DNA from: Botryllus schlosseri
Taxonomy: Eukaryota
Direction: 5' to 3'
NCBI GenBank assembly: GCA_051294905.1
Contig: CM119372.1
Span: 14,138,001 to 14,202,000 of the forward strand
DNA: 64,000 nucleotides
This document shows, piece after piece, positions 1 through 13,500 of this stretch (positions within the stretch are counted from its first letter, which is position 1; each line of letters starts with the position of its first letter). The translations under genes and the position numbers were made by a program. The notes beneath the pieces were generated by a model that was given only the letters and a program-made list of their open reading frames with translations, had not been told where the DNA came from and did no database searches.

Positions 1-294
1 TACTGAAGGCGATTGACGTTAATCGATGTCTGATTAGGCGATCGTACTGTAATTACATATGAAGTATAATTCTATCGGCTAGTTGATTATTTATTGTTTT
101 GTTCCACATTTATGCTAACCTGTAATAATAAGGCGTCTGGTCTGCGCTTGGGCGAGCCAAAAGCGATCGGATGTGAAATCGGCAATACTGAACCGACTTC
201 GCGTCTTCCTGTTGTTTTAGGAGTGCCGATGTGATGCTAAAAATACCTACTCCTCAATATTTCATCAACTGTGTTTGCCTGTATGTCATCTGCG

Positions 295-1548
295 CAGAGG
301 TGGTCACTGGTCAGTAACGAAGTACTTCTACTTTTTTCGAAGTACTCAAGTAGTTTCACTCTACTTCTTGTACTTACTCAAGTAGGTCTGATTTTCGCTA
401 CTTCTACTTCTACTTCGCAATATTTTGTGATCTACTTACTTACTTTTCGCTATTTTCAGTTTGTCAAATAGAAGTAGTTTATTCCTCCATGGAAGATAGC
501 CTGAGGAATTTCGGGGATGTTTTCACGGAGTATCAACATTTAATTTTCATAAAAGTTGAGTTAAGCCCAGAATTTTCGTCGCCCTTCTCGCTCAGTGAAT
601 ACGGAATAACCATTATGATTTCACGAAAGTATCGGTGAATACAATTTAGATAGCGGGTTGGCGTGGTTCCGTTCACACCGCATTGTCGCCCTTCGCTCAT
701 ATGGAATATTTCATCACAGTATATATGGCTCATCGTAACGTTTGAAACTGATGTTTCGCAATCCAGCATTTACTTATCATATCGTAATCTAGCAGTCCAT
801 GGCGTGTCCTAATCTGGAAAAGTTTTAGAGCTGTTTCAGCATATCACCTTTGAAATCTTCTGGACTAAAGACATGAAATACATTTTCTGTTTTTAGAAGT
901 ATCATTTATATTTCAGTTTCAATTCCCAGTATCATATACTTTGAGTTCTAATTATTATCAGTTCTTTTGTCTGGATAACGTACATGTTGAAGTATAAGAG
1001 CAAGTGTAGCTACACAATATGGCATTTTTACGATCCATCATATTTTTTCGTTAATGTTTACTAATCACGCAAAGTGTTTACACCGTTGACTATACAACTT
1101 CTCCGTATTGCTCTTCGACTAAACTACGGGCCTTATAATATGGGGAAGGGCACCATACCATGATATTTTCTAAAACGGGCTGTTCGAGTGAACGGAGGAT
1201 TAGTATCGAATTTCCATATCGATACTATATTTTCATCTCATGATGCGGACGAATGCTCATGCTGTCGAAAATTGGATACCTCCTGGTATGCATCAATATG
1301 AATCAAGCTCGGCACCTTTCGCATATAGCTCAATTTGCACTTTTTGACTATCCATGCGAGCGAATTGCGATCGTTTTCACAACTACTTACTTACTTGAGT
1401 AGATTTAAAGTCAGTCAATTCTACTTCTACTTCAAGTAGTTTTAGGTTGCTTATGGAAGAAGTACTTCTACTCTTACTTGGGTAGATTTTTACGTCGCTA
1501 CTTCTACTTCTACTTGAGTAGCTTTCTTGACTACTTTGACCACCTCTG
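295..1548. mobile_element. Non-autonomous hAT-like element (CAGAGGTGGTCA TIR family), uninterrupted copy
   Basis: TIRs CAGAGGTGGTCA / TGACCACCTCTG; flanks CATCTGCG / GATCTGCG (7/8 TSD); subterminal CTACTT/AAGTAG repeats; colinear with 43050-61041. Confidence 0.85.
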
Positions 1549-2144
1549 GATCTGCGAGATTGATATTGAACTTGTTTTAGCTCCCTTTGAACTCCTATAT
1601 ATGTCTTTACTTGTATAAGATTGTACATGCCTCGAAACTGTACAGTGTACACTGTACATATAGCGACCAAATTTTCTGTAGGCGTACGAATACTATGAAC
1701 TATTGTTACAGATGGCCAAATGTGCGGGCTGACGACACTGCATTTCTGCTGCGTGCTTTCAGTGCTACCTGCCGCAGTACGAATACGTGGGGTACAACAT
1801 AATGACCTGAACCAATGCAGCACCCACGCACAACAATTAGACCATATCACCAGCCAAGTTTCAATACAGCGAATATGTAGTTTTTGTTGTTGTGTGTCAG
1901 TCAGATCAGCTGATTTGGCTGGGCGACTCAACAAAGGTTGGAAAGGTGTGGATTGACAACTATACAACACGGGTTTTATAGTAGTTTTCATCTTCATATT
2001 TTATGAATTACCAGGTGTAGGCTATTTGGACCGTCCTGAGGTGTAAGCGAGTTACGTCCTGTCATTGATCTGATCATGTAACGCTATTGGTACCGTTCTG
2101 CCACGTCGATTGCAAACTGAATTCTGCGAACTCTCCTCCATTTG

Positions 2145-2390
2145 AGTAGCGAGCAGCTGCGTGGTATGCTACGTTATCAATGGGTTTGCCGGTTCGAGTC
2201 CGGCCGAGATAGACTCCAGAATCCGTGGCCATGTGTGGGAGATAGGCCCTATATCTAAGCTCCTCATCGCCATCCCGTCCACGTAGTGTCTCATAAAAGC
2301 CTAGAGCGAAAGTGGGCTGTGCTATTAGTCGGCAGCTCGGGAATTAGAATGAGATTATTGGTCTGCTGTAAAATGACCATATAGGTGTCG
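2145..2390 (+). mobile_element. Probable tRNA-derived SINE
   Basis: Pol III B-box GGTTCGAGTCC at 2191-2201; downstream body (AAAAGCCTAGA..AAGTGGGC.GTGCTA...GCTGTAAA) recurs at ~37465-37545; boundaries approximate. Confidence 0.5.
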
Positions 2391-4284
2391 AAGCTTCATG
2401 TACACTAAACAACATCCTCAATTCGGCTCTGACATTTGTTTCCTAATTCTGGCATGTAATAGTTATGATGTCAAGACATAAGCTTTTTATGTCGATGACA
2501 AATGTAGTTTTGATACTTTCTTCCTGCTGTTGTGACCTTTGAAATCTTGATCGGTTGTATCGCAGCATCCAGAATATTTAGTACAAGGCTACCAACATAT
2601 TCCTGTAGCATGGCCACAAAGCATAATGAAATCATCATGGTCAAATGGAACAAAATTATCTTTGATGACGTATAACTAGAATTATTTTATACGTGTCGCA
2701 AAGATGTACAATGTAGGTTACATTCAATTCAAACATTGCACCGTTATGACGTAATAGCAAGTGCTAATCGAACTTTCGACTCGACACGAAGCTTAATACT
2801 ACACTTGGAATTGAATCAGTCAGCAGATTTATTATTGTGTTAATAATATCTCGCCTTACGATGTATAGAAACTGTCGAATCATGCTATGATTTTTGTTGC
2901 ATCATGTGTGGCTACTGTGTTGGATTTTAAGTTTTCCGTGCTCCCATTAATCTACTCGATATATATATATATATATGTGTTCTTTATTATTCACATGACA
3001 TGAAATGAATTTTGGTCGATTTTATTACTACTGAGTGTTGCCAGACAGTGCTACAGCTGCTGGCTCATCAATAACACTAGCTTAATATTATTAGGAGTGA
3101 TAGTTTTCTTCCATACTCATTATAGACTCTTCGAATCTCCAGCTGTAACCAATAATACTGCGTATCTATTCTGTATTTTTCACTTGTTCGCGATTTTAGC
3201 AGATAACACTATATATATAAAGTATTTACTACACTGTGAAATATAAGTATGACAAGATCTTGATGTTATGTATTGTGTGGCACATGTTACAACGATTGAA
3301 ATACTTGTGTATTAATTGCTCTGTGCAGTCGATTTGGTAGATAGTTCTTCGATTTCTATCACGAATCTTATCATTCGAATCAAAACATGGAATGTCTCGT
3401 TTCATATAGAAACGCATTATGTGAACTCACTCAATATTGTCATTACGCCGTGTGAAATCGAAGTTCACGAAGTGGCATGAAGACGATATTCACCTTCATT
3501 TGTGCAAAGCACGAAAAAGGTTTTAGTAGTGAAATGACCATCACCAACTCTTAATTTCTGAGGCTTTGCCTGAATATCAAATATCCTTCTTTCCCTGATA
3601 TCATAATTTCCACTAGCAATAGCACTTACGGGTTACGATAAACAAGGCAGTCAATCCTATCCTGGATGCTTATCTGCGTGGTGATTTCCAAGCTGTTGCT
3701 CTGATTCGTTCAGTCTGATTACTGGCGCAGTTGTTACGGTCGTTTCAAGAATCTGAGAACACGTATTCACAGCTAATCCGTTGGAACTCTCGCTGAAATC
3801 AAGCACGAAATAGTTTAAGCGATTTTTGATGTTCCTGATTTCGCAACATGGAAACGCATTTTATCTATGACTTCATAAAACGAGTTTGAATGAAGTTTCT
3901 GGTGGATTAATTTCCAACCAAAGCCAATATCTCGCACATTTACGTGCGTTCTTTCTGGATTCACTATATTCTTGGAATTGACTCTCTACCATGGGTCTGT
4001 ATATGTTCACTAAAATGTAGTGTCAACACTAAATTTGCTATAATCGGAATAATCTCTTTAGAACTCGATATCCATGACCTATATATAGATATCATATGGA
4101 TATGTATAATTCCAACTCACTAGTTATCATCTGCACAATGAGACACGCATATAGTGCTATTCGTTCAAAAATGTGATAAATGTTGTCCTAAACTTCAGCC
4201 TTAACTTCAAGTCGACGAATGACTACTGCATAAATCAATAAATGGAAATAAGAGTGGATCAGACAGAAGCGAAAGGTATGTATT

Positions 4285-4654
4285 TAGGGTTGCATTTAAA
4301 ACAAATAGTTGTTTAAAACACTGTTTAAAATTGTGTTTTTTCAAGTTTTGAAATTATGCCATAATTGTGTATTGTGTAAATACACTACAAAAAGCATGTT
4401 GTATGAGCCTGCTGACAATAACCACCCGATGACGCATACGATATTGGATGGTTGGAAACCTCAAAATAGTCAGTTAAACAGCTATAGTACGTAGATAATT
4501 CGTCAAAGGAGCTATATTTAGCCAATATTTTCGTTTGGCAATGCCAGCCCATTATGACGTCACAATTGATTATTCGTGACGTCATTGTTTATAAAAAAAT
4601 AAATTTTTTAAACAAGTTTGTTTTAAATTGATTTTTGCTTTAAATGCAACCCAA
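4285..4654. mobile_element. hAT-like MITE (TAGGGTTGCA TIR)
   Basis: TIRs TAGGGTTGCATTTAAA / TTTAAATGCAACCCAA; perfect 8-bp TSD TATGTATT. Confidence 0.85.
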
Positions 4655-4681
4655 TATGTATTCTGCTTTGTTAATCTATAT

Positions 4682-5497
4682 CAGGGGGGGCCAACCTTTT
4701 TGCTATTCACGGCCGCATTTCGGTTACTCATGTAGCCCACGGCCGCAATCCAGGGGATAGTCGTAATGAACTAAATGGACACCAAATACCCATGTTAAAC
4801 TGTCCAGTGTCCATGTCCATTTCCGGAGAGCTCCGGATTAATCTATTTATTGATATTGGCTTACTATACGCACCGAAATCGCGAATGGGCAATGTTATGA
4901 ATAGTTTCTAGGAATCGTCATGGTCGCGCAATACGCGAACATTTTTTCACTTTCACGAATCAATTTCGTCATTAATATTAGTAGTTTCACATATTACTAT
5001 CAAACATTTATCCTCTTTCAGCCCATGTTATCAGATTCACCGGTAGAGTGGGTGTAGGGGGTGATTTCGAAAATTTAGGGGAAGTTTTAAATTATGATGG
5101 ATCTTCGGGTTGGTTAATTGTTATTAGTCACTTTTTTGCATGCTGTTATTTGTTGACATCCCATCAGGATTGTCGGAATGTCCATATAGTGGAAACATAT
5201 TGGAATCGCCCAACGGTAACAGAAATAAATTTCTTTCTCGAGGAGAACACGAATTCAAGTTGATATTTCTATATGATGCACATAATTTTCCTCTGTTGTT
5301 CACATATGTACTGTGGGGCTCTGGTCGCAAAGGGCGTTACTATATTATAATATAAAAATGAAGTCGTATTGAATCGGGCGCAGCGCGTAGAAAATTTCAA
5401 CAATAATTAAAATCATTCAAGAATTTGAGAGTCAATAGATAAGTTCGATCTGCGTGTCAACGGATTCCCTTCTCAAGCCACAGGTTAGCCACCCCTG
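4682..5497. mobile_element. hAT (Charlie-like) non-autonomous element
   Basis: TIRs CAGGGGGGGCCAACC / GGTTAGCCACCCCTG; flanks ATCTATAT / ATCTTTAA (6/8). Confidence 0.7.
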
Positions 5498-5557
5498 ATC
5501 TTTAAATCGCTAGAGACGCTAACTAAGCGATAGTTCACTCAATTTGAACGACTCAAG

Positions 5558-6105
5558 TAGGGTTGTGTTTAAAATAAAAATCAATTTAAAACAAACATGT
5601 TTAAAACAAAGCCCTTGTTTAAAACATGTTTTTTCCTAAGTCATGACGCCACACATATTCAATTGTGACGTCATAGTGGATTGATATTCCCAATTGAAAA
5701 TATAGGGTAAATATAGCTCCTTTGACGAAATAGGCTTCCAATCCCTGTCATATACGGAACAAAAATAACTTTAACCACGACTAAATTGTCATGCAGCATT
5801 TTTACGGTCGGTTGTAGTCATCATCAGAACATTCATTTCGTAACAATGATCTATATCTACGAACTATAGCTGTTTAACCGACTATTTCGAGGGCTCCAAC
5901 CATCCCATATCCTATATGTCGGCTATATCGGGTGGTAATCGTCGTCCGTAGGCTCATCCAACATGTTTTTGTAAATTATTTACGCAATTATGGCATAATT
6001 ATACAACTTGATAAAACACAATTTAAAGGCCTTTGTTTAAAATACCGTTTAAACATGTTTTTAACAAAAAATTTCAAACAACCATTTGTTTTACATGCAA
6101 TCCGA
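5558..6105. mobile_element. hAT-like MITE, same family as 4285-4654, opposite orientation
   Basis: Left end TAGGGTTGTGTTTAAA, degenerate right end; perfect TSD GACTCAAG; internal similarity to 4285-4654 and to a fragment at ~24600-24791. Confidence 0.8.
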
Positions 6106-9100
6106 GACTCAAGCCCATATATTTATTGTAATGGGATTTTTCTATAACGGTCGCTCGGATTTCAAAAATGTATTTATAAGGTTTTAAATCAGATTGAGTA
6201 TATTCCACACCATCTGAATCTAAAGAGATGATCCAGAGCGGTGGCAGAACATTCACGTCACACGATTATCCAACTTCGCTACTAGTTCTTCCGGGATTGA
6301 AAGTTGGGCGATCTGTCTCTCTCTTTGTTGCCAAATGACCGACTTGATTTTCACTACATTTTCGTTTGCGGGCATGAACTCCAAGGATATCTAGTTTTAG
6401 ATATCCCGATGAAACCCGTTTTAGCCATAGGTTTTTCACAAGCAATTGTTTGAAACACTGTGTTTTAAGGCACCTCTTGATTAAAGGCAACCCAGTGTAT
6501 ATCCGATGCCGAAGTTGTGGCGTAGACGAAGGCGAGTGATGTTGTAACATAACAAGAATATTTAACGGTACTATATGATACGTGGATGGTGTCGGCAGTA
6601 AGTCGTGCTTTTGCGTTATCACATCGCCGATACCCGCCGATACAAAAAAAAGGGATGGTGTCGACTCAAACTTTCAGATTGACGCTATCAAACTCAAAGT
6701 CGGCAGCAGACACCTGAAGTGGACGCAAGAAAGTGAGACGTGTTAACAGCATCGCATATCGAAGGAGAACAGAAACGAAGTACTTATACTCTTTAGGAGT
6801 ACTCAAATGGGTTTTTCATGCTTGTACAGATACTCATGTGGTTATGATTTCAGACAACAGATTTTTCAGTTTGTTAGGCACTTGAACATTTCTACCTCTA
6901 CTTGAGTAGAAATTTATCACGTTATTTCTACTTGAGTACCATGACTAAGTATACCACGTTTGACCCATATCTCTGCGATAGGTGTGAAAGCTGTTCTTTG
7001 GTACACCCAACAGCAGTTCAAATACATTTCCCGCGTTCACCCGTCCAGGGGAATCACGTGTGATGTCACACATCCACTAGCTCGTCGTGGTGGCCTCGAG
7101 TAGAAAAGAACAACTAAATAATTCAAATTCAAATAAATAATTCTAGTTGTCTAATGAGACTAATAGACGTTAATTTAATTGCTTTACCTGAAAATGATAT
7201 AGGGAGATCTGCGTAGCGGCAAACGAGCCAAGCTTGATGTCAACTTATATATATATAAGTCAGAAACATATACGATATCTTTGGCCTAGCTGAGCCTAGC
7301 GTTGGTACAGGATTAAATACTTCCGAAGGTTCGATATGGAAATTGATGAAAAGAATGTGCGAACGTGCTCACGTATGTTTGCGGACCCATGTAAGAACAG
7401 CCGAAATCCAGTCACCGTGCAATTACGATAGCGACTCTTAAATTAATTCAATGAATCGATGAAGTGCTGTCGATATAATTGAGGAACGCTGTTAGTAACG
7501 AACAGCGTTTTTACATTTCTAACAATAGTTAAACAAGCCTATACTTTGTAACTTTTGGCGTTAAACATCTTCACCATTGTGACAAAAGGCGTATATATCA
7601 CGAATATTCTGTAATCCTTCAATGCAACCTTTTGTACCGTGTGCTTTCTAAATGATACGGTAAGACTGTGTGAGATGATACAAACAAGTAAAATCACGAA
7701 TTCTGACGTCAGACATATGACAGGAAGTGGCATATGTTATGCGCATCAAGTCATACAATTGCAACTTGCTCAACATTCGCAAGCAGAAAACCTGAACATG
7801 ACACACTCTAATAATGAGGAGATAATAATTTAGGTAAATCTTAATTACGGTATGTTTTGCTCATGGCCAGTGATCGCATCATGATTTTCTGAACCTTGTT
7901 TTCCCCGATTTTGCTGTAGGGTCAAAAGCCACGCTTGAGAGAACGCCCCGAAGGTCAACATAATACGCGATCGAAGGATCGCTGTATAGTGCCAAGCGGA
8001 GACTACGATATCGTAGGCCCCGTGCCACGCATTTAGAATATGCACTTCAAGTGTTTGAAGGTACCGTCAAGTTTCCAGAGATTAGTAAATTTATTATTTT
8101 CAAATCCAAATCCAAAATGTATTTAATATTTCAGGGATCCTTAAAATATGAGTCGGACATGGGTCGCGAAGGGTATACCCTATACATTTATGTCGCGATC
8201 GCATTAGGGCGATTTTTAATACGTATGTGATATTTGTCCAATATCACCCAAGAAAATTTTTTTCGACAGTTTGTACATTTCCAACGTTATTGTTTTCACG
8301 CAGAAAAGGAGTTACGACAGTATTGCTTGATCATGTAGATCTTTGTCTGCGATTGGCTTCTCTGGAAAACTCTAACCTGGACGACGTTGGCCAGTGTGGT
8401 AGAGAGTGGGAAAGAGCGTGGCCGTAAATGCCCACAAACCTTCGATATCGATATGTCCGGTCGTCAAATTAGTCGGCACCGAATAGTCCCGTCCTTGCAA
8501 TCCAGGCTCCGACCCACAAATGCGGTCCGCATGGAAAATAATGAGCCCTAATTTGAAATCGCGTGCGTCACACATGTTTCATAGAATTACGTTGTACTGA
8601 TTTTCTGTATACTTTTCTATTTCATACGTGTTCGTAAAACGTAGCAAAACCACATTAAAAATACATTATTTTGATGTATGAGGCTTGGGTCGGAAGATTG
8701 CAAACTCAGATTTGTGTCATATATTGTCCAAATCCTATATTTTCAGAATATTTTTGAAAAGTCGCATGTAAATTGATATTTAATTGAAATTCCGTACCAA
8801 AGTGCAAATCCCAACCCAGATTGAAAAATTTCGTGAATGAAAATCCCACCATAATATTCATATCCAAATCCATGCTTATCTCTACAATTTTTCACGGAAC
8901 CGATGAACTCAAGTGCGACGTATGACTCCACTCTATACAATTGAGATACGAAATATATGTCGTCTCGTGAAAATACAAAAATAAAACAGTTGTTAGTGAT
9001 CCGGATCAATTCTGTAGCTCAATATGTATATCTGGTACATTCTATTCGATGGTATACACATCGTTTTACTAGACCAGTCGCTTCAAATATTTCAGAAACT

Positions 9101-11232
9101 TCGGCACAACAGGCGAAGACTGTTTAGAGTGGCTAGTCGAAAATTTGCATACCTACAATCAGTGACGATCGAAATTCGGAAAATATCCTATACCCATTGG
9201 CCTTGGTAACCAAAATATAATTTCGTGAAGTACGAGCCAATCCCATGTACGTGAGAGCAAATTTAATTCAACATTTCTTATTTAAACCACCTGGCACTTT
9301 GCTATAGATCACGAAAACTACCCGCAGTACACTCGTAATCAACGTGACCTTATGAGGGTGTGACCTGATCATTGAGATGGTAATTGGGAGTGTATTACGT
9401 GCGGAACGCTAGCCCGATAATAATAAATTTGCAGCACCGGTCTCCACTCCCTGATTATTCTGAGGTGTCATCTGGCATGTCATATATCGTGACTTTCCCG
9501 ATCTCCCATTACAAATCACTTCGATTCGATTACTTTCGAAGCGAAACGTCTTAAATTTCAATTGCAGAAACAAACGATAGCGCACAGAATAATATTTGAA
9601 TTCTCACATAATCCGTTTTCGCTCATCGTCGAAGATTTTGCGACGTAATTGGTTGATATTGATTGAATATCTATTTTTAACAATGTATTTATTGCTATCG
9701 AAAATATTGTTACTTCAAAACTGCCTCCCTGTATAGGTTATCTGGAGCAGCCCAGAGACGGAAGTGGTTCAAATACGGTTCCTAGTCACGGCAGAAAACT
9801 TTATCGTGTGCACTGTGCATTGTGCATTTGTGCAATGACTTACGTGCCTTGTGGATTATGGAGTTCCGAAAAACATTTGAAAGATGTTTGTCGGATTTGG
9901 GTTCGACAAACCCAAATTGAATCAAAAACCAATGACCCGATTACATCGTTGGAGCATTAGCTATATTATTTCCGAAGTATACTTACTTATGCATCTATAA
10001 TACGCATTATAGGCATAACAGCATAAGCCGATAGTATCATTATCTCCGTCCACCAATAAATGTAACATTTACATATTGTAACTAAAATGATGCGCATCCT
10101 TTATGATTCGGAGAATTAACGACGAACTATATATTGTTTTCTTGTTCATAATGGCCAATCCGAGTTTTATTCGTTCCCGCACTATAGTCCGAAATACACA
10201 TCATTTTGTAGCATAGCCTATTCTTGACAAGTGACGTAATCAATGCTGTTCGTTGATCATTATTATCGTTGTCTGTAGGTAGTTAAGAATAGAGAAAACG
10301 ATTTTCGGTCACACGGTGATAACACGAAGAATCAGGTACAATATTAGGCTACGCCGCGTATAGAAAGCCCATCAGCTTAAATTTGATGAAATTTGTTTAT
10401 TCAATACAGGTCATCACGATGCCAGACATGGATATATTATAGCCTACAGTAGATTTTAATAAACGTATCACGAATAATTCCATATAGTTAACGGCCAGTG
10501 TTTGACTGTACCTGGAAAATCGACATAAAGAGAGCCTCTGGTATCTGTATTCTCTGTGCCATGATGGAATATTTCATCTCTGCAAATCACTATGTAGGTC
10601 AACAGCTCATTGGCATTGATGATTGTTGATGTTTTTCCGGTTCGTCGATGGTACGACTTCACGAATTAGCAATGTTTCAATGATTCGCGCCGTTGTTGTT
10701 GCACGAACCATCGCCACCTTTTTTGCTCCAAATATGTTAATAGCCCAGTCCTCTTTGTTTTTGCCATACATTTACATATCCACCCAATTAAGTCAGGAGT
10801 GGCGAGCCTGCGGAGGCAGGATTGTTGAAAGTGGTCTGTATCAAAATTTCGTGAAGGTATGCGGCATTTGCATAGCAATTTTTCGACGAACTTTTTCGCA
10901 ATAACGAATAATTATTATGTTCCTACTCACCTTAATGTGACGTAATGGTCACTCAATTACGCCTCCTTGAAGTTATAACTAGGGTGATTTTTTTGGCATG
11001 TCAAAAAAGACATAATTTAGTCAAAATTGTAGCGTAAGGTCAAAATATTGTCAGAATTGTGTACCAAGTCGAAAAAAATTTCGTTTTTCGCATTTCGCAT
11101 TTCGTTTTCGTCAAATAAAACAAATTGACATTGTATTATGCTCAACGTACAGCAATATCCTAACTGATGCAAGACTGCTTGGGCATTGGCTCTTATATAA
11201 AGAAGGGCATGATGAAAAATTGTGATGTAGAC

Positions 11233-12288
11233 CAGTGGTTCTCAACGGCCGGTCCGCAGTGACATTCCTGCCGGTCCGCCAGGTATATTACAATTCTATA
11301 CCTTAAATTCAAGATGCAATGCTGAAGGCTTGTCCATTGATAAAATAAATAAAACATCAAATTTTAAACTGATTCAGAACTTCGTGAGGTAACATAACTA
11401 CGTCCTTTCCTTTCCATTAGGGCTGGTAACATGTACGCATGATTTATAGAAATAGACATTTCGGCGTCAGCCATTACCGCGCCACGACGTACCAACACCT
11501 AATGAAGTTTAGGCTAACATGGGACTCCGAAAGGTGTGCTGAAAATTTGGCAGCGAGAAAACCGATTCAGTCATGAAGGATCGAAAATTTTCGCTATTGC
11601 GGCGATCAAGCTACATAAACTCTCTGTTTACACTGAGTAGAATGAATGTGCGGACAAGTGCAGGTGAAAACATCCTACCCACTGTAGGGGCGAAGACCCC
11701 GGAAGTTTGTCTTGTCACCCTGTGGGGGCCCAAGACTAACGGTTTTGCGGGAGGGCTGACGAAGTGCTTTTTCGGCACGGATTGGCGGATGGCCGGTATA
11801 GTTGCTGTATGGTGTTTTCTTGCGGCACGCATTGTATTCGTAGTTTCCAGAGTATCCTATGCGTCCGGTGGCAGTCGGCCATGAGCAAGGTAGCTCGACA
11901 AGGTGCTTGGTTTGACTCCGAAACGCTTCTTCTCTCGATATTGCCAAAGAGAAGAATATTATTCGAGTTGGCGTGGTCGGTTAAACCCACGGCATTCGGC
12001 GCGAAAGACTGTAACTGACAACTCTCGGCGGTAGCACGTTTATCTGGAAAAGGCAATTTTACCTCGACTCAGCAGACTGTGTACCATAAAATCTAATGGA
12101 TGCCATCATGAAGATAATTAATTCCGATCAAAACCCGCTAATTGTCACTCGCTAGCACTATATAATTGCAAAAAGCGGTTGCATACTCTACATTTTAGCT
12201 TCATTTCAAATTTGAAAGCTCACCGGTCCGCCAGGACATTTTTTGAAATTTTACCGGTCCGCGAGGTGAAAAAGGTTGAGAACCACTG
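11233..12288. mobile_element. hAT (Charlie-like) non-autonomous element
   Basis: TIRs CAGTGGTTCTCAAC / GTTGAGAACCACTG; perfect TSD ATGTAGAC. Confidence 0.9.
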
Positions 12289-13500
12289 ATGTAGACAACA
12301 TTGCCAGAATAATGCAACACGGTGTGTCACCAGCAGGGCTTTGGAGCCGGAGCAAGGAGCCGGAGCCGCGCCTTTTCACCGGAGCTGGAGCCGGAGCCGG
12401 AGCTCTACAAAAAATTCAGTCGGAGCTGGAGCCAGTTTTTGTTGGAGTGGCTCCGGCTCCGACGTATTTCGTAGGATGCTATTATATACGCGACAACAAT
12501 ACCTGCTGATTTCACATAATTCAACAGCAGGCCTTCTCAAAATTAAGAATCTTTGCCTCGTTGGCGATTCCTTTTTCGACTAACCATGTTCCTGGGGATA
12601 TAGGGGTATTTGGAGTATTTGGTTGTATTAAGGTGAGCATCGCCTTACTGGACGCTGGGCGGTGCGAAACCCTCGTGGTACAACCGATACTTCCAATCAC
12701 TTGCACACCTAGGAGAAGTAAGGCCGTCAGGCCTTCATGCTCCGACCCGGGATCTGTGTCAGCTTGCCTGGCCAGTATCCCAGTCACAAGTATGGTGGCG
12801 GCGGGACAAGCCTCCGCAGACGCCCCCAGCCAAAGCCTGCTTGTGACAGCCGTTCGAACCTAAAATGGTAGAGAAACTATTGAAGGGAAAAATGGCAACA
12901 CGAAGCAACCTGAAGGGAGCTCACGGGTACTTTCTACCCAAGAGTGACCTATTACGGCGCTTGTGGCAATAGTTACCATGGTGAAATCCCATGGGGCTGC
13001 CACAAGCGTAACGGGGTGGAGGTTTACTGCGGTTCCTCCAGGTTACCCCCAGAACAGTCATATCTTCAGTGTTCAATTTTAATACATGAACGCCGAACCA
13101 TGGTATGCTAGATATACCTGCGAATATTGTGGGTATTCGGCATATACCCGCAATTTCATCATCAGCACAACCTTGTTGGCCAATTGTACGGTTCGAAAAT
13201 AATGATTACTATGTATTACGCGAAATGGGACAGAGGATAAAAACGTGATTTCGTTGCACATGTCGATTGGGGCGGGGCAAAATCAAGTACCTGAGTGATT
13301 CGATTCTGAATCACGTATTACGCTTCGAGTCGAGTCGAGTAATCACAACAGTCTGAACGTCGAGTAACAGTCTGAACGTCGTCGAGGAAGGACGTCCAAT
13401 CCTAATCAACGGAACGTGCGACTGCTGCGACATCGACAGAGGTAGACAGAGCTTGGGCGTCGCCCACCTGTGGGCTTAGGATATACCTTGGATTTACGAA

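Noticed and set aside
1383..1997. 204-aa minus-strand ORF
   Set aside because: Runs through the CTACTT-repeat end of a MITE, giving Ser/Arg/Glu low complexity; no homology cues.
2145..2215. tRNA gene
   Set aside because: A B-box is present but there is no complete cloverleaf, and it continues into a repeated body, so it is treated as a SINE.
12615..12730. HDV-like or hammerhead ribozyme
   Set aside because: P1-like and P4-like stems and a GAAAC are present, but I found no CTGANGA core and no valid P2 or P1.1 pairing.
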